A DNA stretch of 64,000 nucleotides from Patescibacteria group bacterium (GTDB lineage: Bacteria; Patescibacteriota; JABMPQ01): positions 68,533 to 132,532 of the forward strand of contig JBGTBM010000010.1 in NCBI GenBank assembly GCA_041749335.1. The letters run 5' to 3'. The number at the start of each line of letters is the position of its first letter. The first letter of the stretch is position 1. Below are positions 63,625-64,000 of this stretch, piece by piece. The translations under genes were made by a program, and so were the position numbers. The notes beneath the pieces are model-generated. The model did not search any database and was not told the origin of the DNA. It saw only the letters and a program-made list of their open reading frames with translations.

Positions 63625-64000
63625 TTATTTTAATTTTTTTAAATTATCTGAGATAATATCTTTTATTTTTCCAAAATTATAACCATTTCTAACATAATAT
63701 AATTTCATTTCATTTTTATCACATTTTGCTTTCTTTGTTTTATCTCTTAGCTGTTGTTTTTTATAATATTTTTCTCCACCAAAATAATCTACCGGCTCAA
63801 AATGTTGTTTCCCTTGATATTCAAATGCAATATTTAAAGCAGGAATACAAACATCCAAATGTTGCCTGCCCAGCCATTTAGGTGAATAATGATTAACTAC
63901 ATTATATTTATCACCAACATATTTTTTTATTTTATAATATAATTCTGTCTCAGATATCCAACCTTCTCCTACCTTAGGAAGATCTAAATCTTCTCTGAGC
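63625..64000 (-). CDS. Partial PD-(D/E)xK / DUF559-like nuclease-domain protein. The N-terminus is beyond the window end.
   Basis: The ORF continues in frame to position 64000 (...LREDLDLPKVGEGWISETELYYKIKKYVGDKYNVVNHYSPKWLGRQHLDVCIPALNIAFEYQGKQHFEP...). The D...EYQGKQH pattern resembles the DUF559/Vsr-like endonuclease core. Confidence 0.4.
   Translation of the reverse strand, partial: LREDLDLPKVGEGWISETELYYKIKKYVGDKYNVVNHYSPKWLGRQHLDVCIPALNIAFEYQGKQHFEPVDYFGGEKYYKKQQLRDKTKKAKCDKNEMKLYYVRNGYNFGKIKDIISDNLKKLK

Noticed and set aside
1-64000. CRISPR arrays, rRNA genes, transposases/IS elements and integrases
   Set aside because: No regularly spaced direct repeats with unique spacers, no rRNA-like conserved stretches, and no DDE-transposase or tyrosine/serine-recombinase motifs were seen in any frame. 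The only tandem or dispersed repeats are the csp cassettes, the terminator family and the ~30-nt motif at 61.3-61.5 kb.

Overview
This is a low-GC (~30-37 %), gene-dense bacterial segment, with most genes on the minus strand. The gene content suggests a reduced-genome bacterium, possibly Patescibacteria/CPR-like. That placement is an inference from truncated AlaRS, minimal ProRS, an archaeal-type RibL-like gene, many small secreted or membrane proteins and compact operons. Most of the window is core housekeeping: a ribosomal-protein/rpoA/infA block, a mreB-mreC-mreD-PBP2 block, several aminoacyl-tRNA synthetases, and assorted cell-envelope, translation and tRNA-modification genes. The accessory or unusual parts are as follows. 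(1) A complete Type II restriction-modification module (m5C methyltransferase, endonuclease, Vsr repair nuclease) lies at the left edge. (2) A GC-elevated block (about 2.4-9.5 kb) encodes small secreted and membrane proteins. (3) Two paralogous cold-shock-protein cassettes share the same leader and the same flanking terminators. (4) The tRNA-Gln(UUG) locus carries a truncated, anticodon-disrupted 5' copy of the tRNA, then a YhbQ-like GIY-YIG nuclease gene, then the intact tRNA. (5) Lysyl-tRNA synthetase is fused to a C-terminal HD phosphohydrolase domain. (6) A TraD/VirD4-like ATPase is translationally coupled to an uncharacterised membrane protein. (7) An exosortase/archaeosortase-like membrane protein is present. 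(8) A very AT-rich 3'-terminal island (about 60.5-64 kb) holds overlapping genes of unknown function, repeated about 30-nt motifs, a candidate small RNA and a partial PD-(D/E)xK/DUF559-like nuclease gene. No CRISPR array, rRNA, transposase or integrase was recognised. All functional calls come from motif-level reading of the translated ORFs and nucleotide patterns, and no database search was possible.
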